Of a stretch of DNA of 64,000 nt, positions 61,980-64,000 are shown piece by piece. Origin of the DNA: Camelus ferus (lineage: Eukaryota); assembly GCF_009834535.1 (NCBI RefSeq), contig NC_045697.1, forward strand, positions 90,460,001-90,524,000. The letters run 5' to 3'. The translations under genes were made by a program, and so were the position numbers. Each line of letters begins with the position of its first letter. Position 1 is the stretch's first letter. The notes beneath the pieces were generated by a model. The model worked only from the letters and a program-made list of their open reading frames with translations. It made no database searches and was not told where the DNA came from.

Positions 61980-62060
61980 TTAGAGGAGTCCAGCCTCTGG
62001 CCATGAAGCATCAAAAAGCCAAGTGGCCTCACAGGACACATGACCTTTTTCACACATGCA
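61980..62060 (-). pseudogene. Candidate exon remnant (phase 2>2): ACVKKVMCPVRPLGFLMLHGQRLDSS
   Basis: aaatag|TGCATG...TCTAA|gttagt; 81 nt, open, lies in track ORF 61892..62092; joins the next segment as AA|T. Acceptor tract is weak. Confidence 0.35.
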
Positions 62061-63199
62061 CTATTTAGCCAAGCCAGGAGAGACCCAGACAAGAGTTCAG
62101 GATGTCAAAATCTAATTTAATAAGTAAGAACCAGATATTAGAAAAGAAGACTGATGTCTCCTCTTTTGCATTTTCCATGAAACTTCCAGAACGGATACTG
62201 TGTTATTCTGGAATCTCTAAGAAGTAGAATCTCTACCAAGACAGAATTAAAAATGCAAAGATTCTATTAGAAAGAAATGCCTGTGTAAAAAGAAATAGGG
62301 AGATGTTGGGAAAGGTTGGGGCAGCCGACAGACTGATCCAAGTCTAATCTGCAAGAATGAGAGGTTGAGAGACAAAATGAATGAAACCATCTAAGACTGT
62401 TATGTGATCTACGGAAGGTTTGGCAGAACCGTGGGGAAGGCTTGGAGTCAAAATGGACCAACAAAGAAGTCCCACTGTCTCCCAGGACTGGGTCGTACTC
62501 AGTACATCAGTCACTGGTGGGAGCTGCCAATGGGAGGAGTGGCCTGGGGACAAACCAAGGGGTGGGCAAATTTCAAAGCACAGTAGCTGTGGCCTTCAGT
62601 CTCTGTGGACCATTCTTACTGCTCCACAGCATAGTATGAAGGAAAGGTGTAGGAGAGAAACTTTTCTAAAACCCTTTAAAACATTAAAGAGGTTTGTTTT
62701 ATCAGAAATGCATTAGTTATTTCATAAAAGAACCAATTCCACATAATTTGAGAACAGTATCAATAGCATTACTATAAACACAGGAGAATACTGAGAAAAG
62801 CATTCTGAATTACACTTTTTAGAAAATTAATAATTCTAAGTCATCAAATAAAAATTATTCAGTAGTTTTGTTCAACACCAGGTGGAGCTCTTTTGCTTTT
62901 TAAAACAGGGAAAGAGAATTTTTTCTTAATTTAACACAGGTTTAGGCTGATTATTTCATAACTCTTTTAAGTCATCTTTTGAAATCATTTGAGTGCTTTC
63001 ACACCATATTTGTCACCATTGTAAACCTTATTTTTTTTCAAATACAACAAACTAGATCAAACTGCAATGTTAACAAAATAAAAACACCAAGACTAAAAAT
63101 ATTGTTACAGCTCTAAAATAAAGTGATAAATAGTACCACTGTAAATGTCTACATTCTTCCAAAGGAAAAAGCTAAAACCCTAATTTAAATCTCATAGAC

Positions 63200-64000
63200 A
63201 TTTTTTTCCTTCTTTAAAAAAATTTTTTTAATTGAAGTACAGTCAGTTACAATGTGTCAATTTCTGGTGCACAGCACAATGTCCTAGTCATGCATATACA
63301 TACATGTATCTGTTTTCATATACTTTTTCATTAAAGGCTATTTCAAGATATTGAACATAGTTCCCTGTGCTTGTTTTTTTAAATCAATTTTTATATATAG
63401 TGGCTAACATTTGCAAATATCAAACTTCCAAATTTATCCCTTCCCACTCCCTTTCCCGGGTAACCATAAGGTTGTTATGTCTGCAAGTCTTGTTTCTGTT
63501 TTGTAGATGAGTTCATAGTATCCTTTTTTTTTTTTTTTTTTTTTTTAGATTCTACATATGAGTGATATCATATGGTACTTTTCTTTCTCTTTCTGGCTTA
63601 CTTCACTTAGAATGACAATCTCTAGGTCCAACCATGTTGCTGTAAATGGCATTATTTTATTCTTTTTATGGCTGAGTAGTATTCCATTGTATACATATAC
63701 CACAGCTTCTTTATCCAGTCATCTGTTGATGGACATTTAGGTTGCTTCCATATCTTGGCTATTGTATATAGCGCTGCTATGAACTTTGGGGTGCATGTAT
63801 CTTTTTGAATTAGAGTTCACTCTGGACATATGCCCAGGAGTGGGATTGCTGGATGGTAAGTCTATTTTTAGTTTTTTGAGGCATCTCTGTACTATTTTCC
63901 ATAATGACTGCACCAAACTACATTTCCACCAGCAGTGTAGGAGGGTTCCCTTTTCTCCACAGCCTCTCTAGCAGTTATCGTTTGTGGACTTTTAAATGAT
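63200..64000 (-). mobile_element. Young L1 3' UTR and ORF2 end, continuing beyond the window
   Basis: ttttttaattgaagtacagtcagttacaatgtgtcaatttctggtgcacagcacaat...gagggttcccttttctccacagcctctc. Confidence 0.93.

Larger units (their letters stand above)
27..62060 (-). pseudogene. Candidate large multi-exon unitary pseudogene (about 30 exon remnants, >1,400 codons, family unidentified); probably extends beyond both window ends
   Basis: Chain of non-repeat segments with minus-strand acceptors and donors. Splice phases chain in order, e.g. 61782-61546 > 59982-59785 > 58312-58214 > 56065-55875 > 54078-54016 > 53547-53486 > 52528-52220, and 20574-20391 > 17971-17836 > 16180-16085 > 15175-15058 > 12884-12729 > 10543-10469 > 8900-8669. 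Many in-frame stops and some degenerate splice sites. Inference from manual reading, no alignment. Confidence 0.6.

Noticed and set aside
27..62060. Live gene using stop-codon recoding or RNA editing
   Set aside because: All three stop types occur together with degenerate splice sites and at least one frameshift. Neutral decay in a standard-code mammal is the simpler explanation.

Overview
AT-rich, CpG-poor mammalian genomic DNA, most likely from a camelid (camel, alpaca or llama). It carries two Vic-1-type tRNA-derived SINEs and several young L1 3' ends. Roughly half of the window is interspersed repeats (L1, L2, MIR, MaLR/ERVL/ERV1 LTRs, hAT-like DNA transposons). No intact protein-coding gene, RNA gene or CRISPR array is supported, and most ORFs in the track are L1-derived or chance. 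The main signal lies in the unique DNA between the repeats: about 30 exon-sized segments on the minus strand, from about 62,060 down to 27. Most are bounded by polypyrimidine-AG and GT splice sites. Joined in order, the reading frame carried over from one segment often lands on the open or near-open frame of the next. The conceptual product exceeds 1,400 codons and is riddled with premature stops, so it looks like a large, long-dead spliced gene (candidate unitary pseudogene) that probably extends past both window ends. I could not assign it to a known family. Overall stop density is only modestly below chance, so the model needs alignment to confirm. A second clear feature is a 3' fragment of SSB (La autoantigen) mRNA inserted inside an old L1. 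Repeat family names are by eye and repeat boundaries are approximate.
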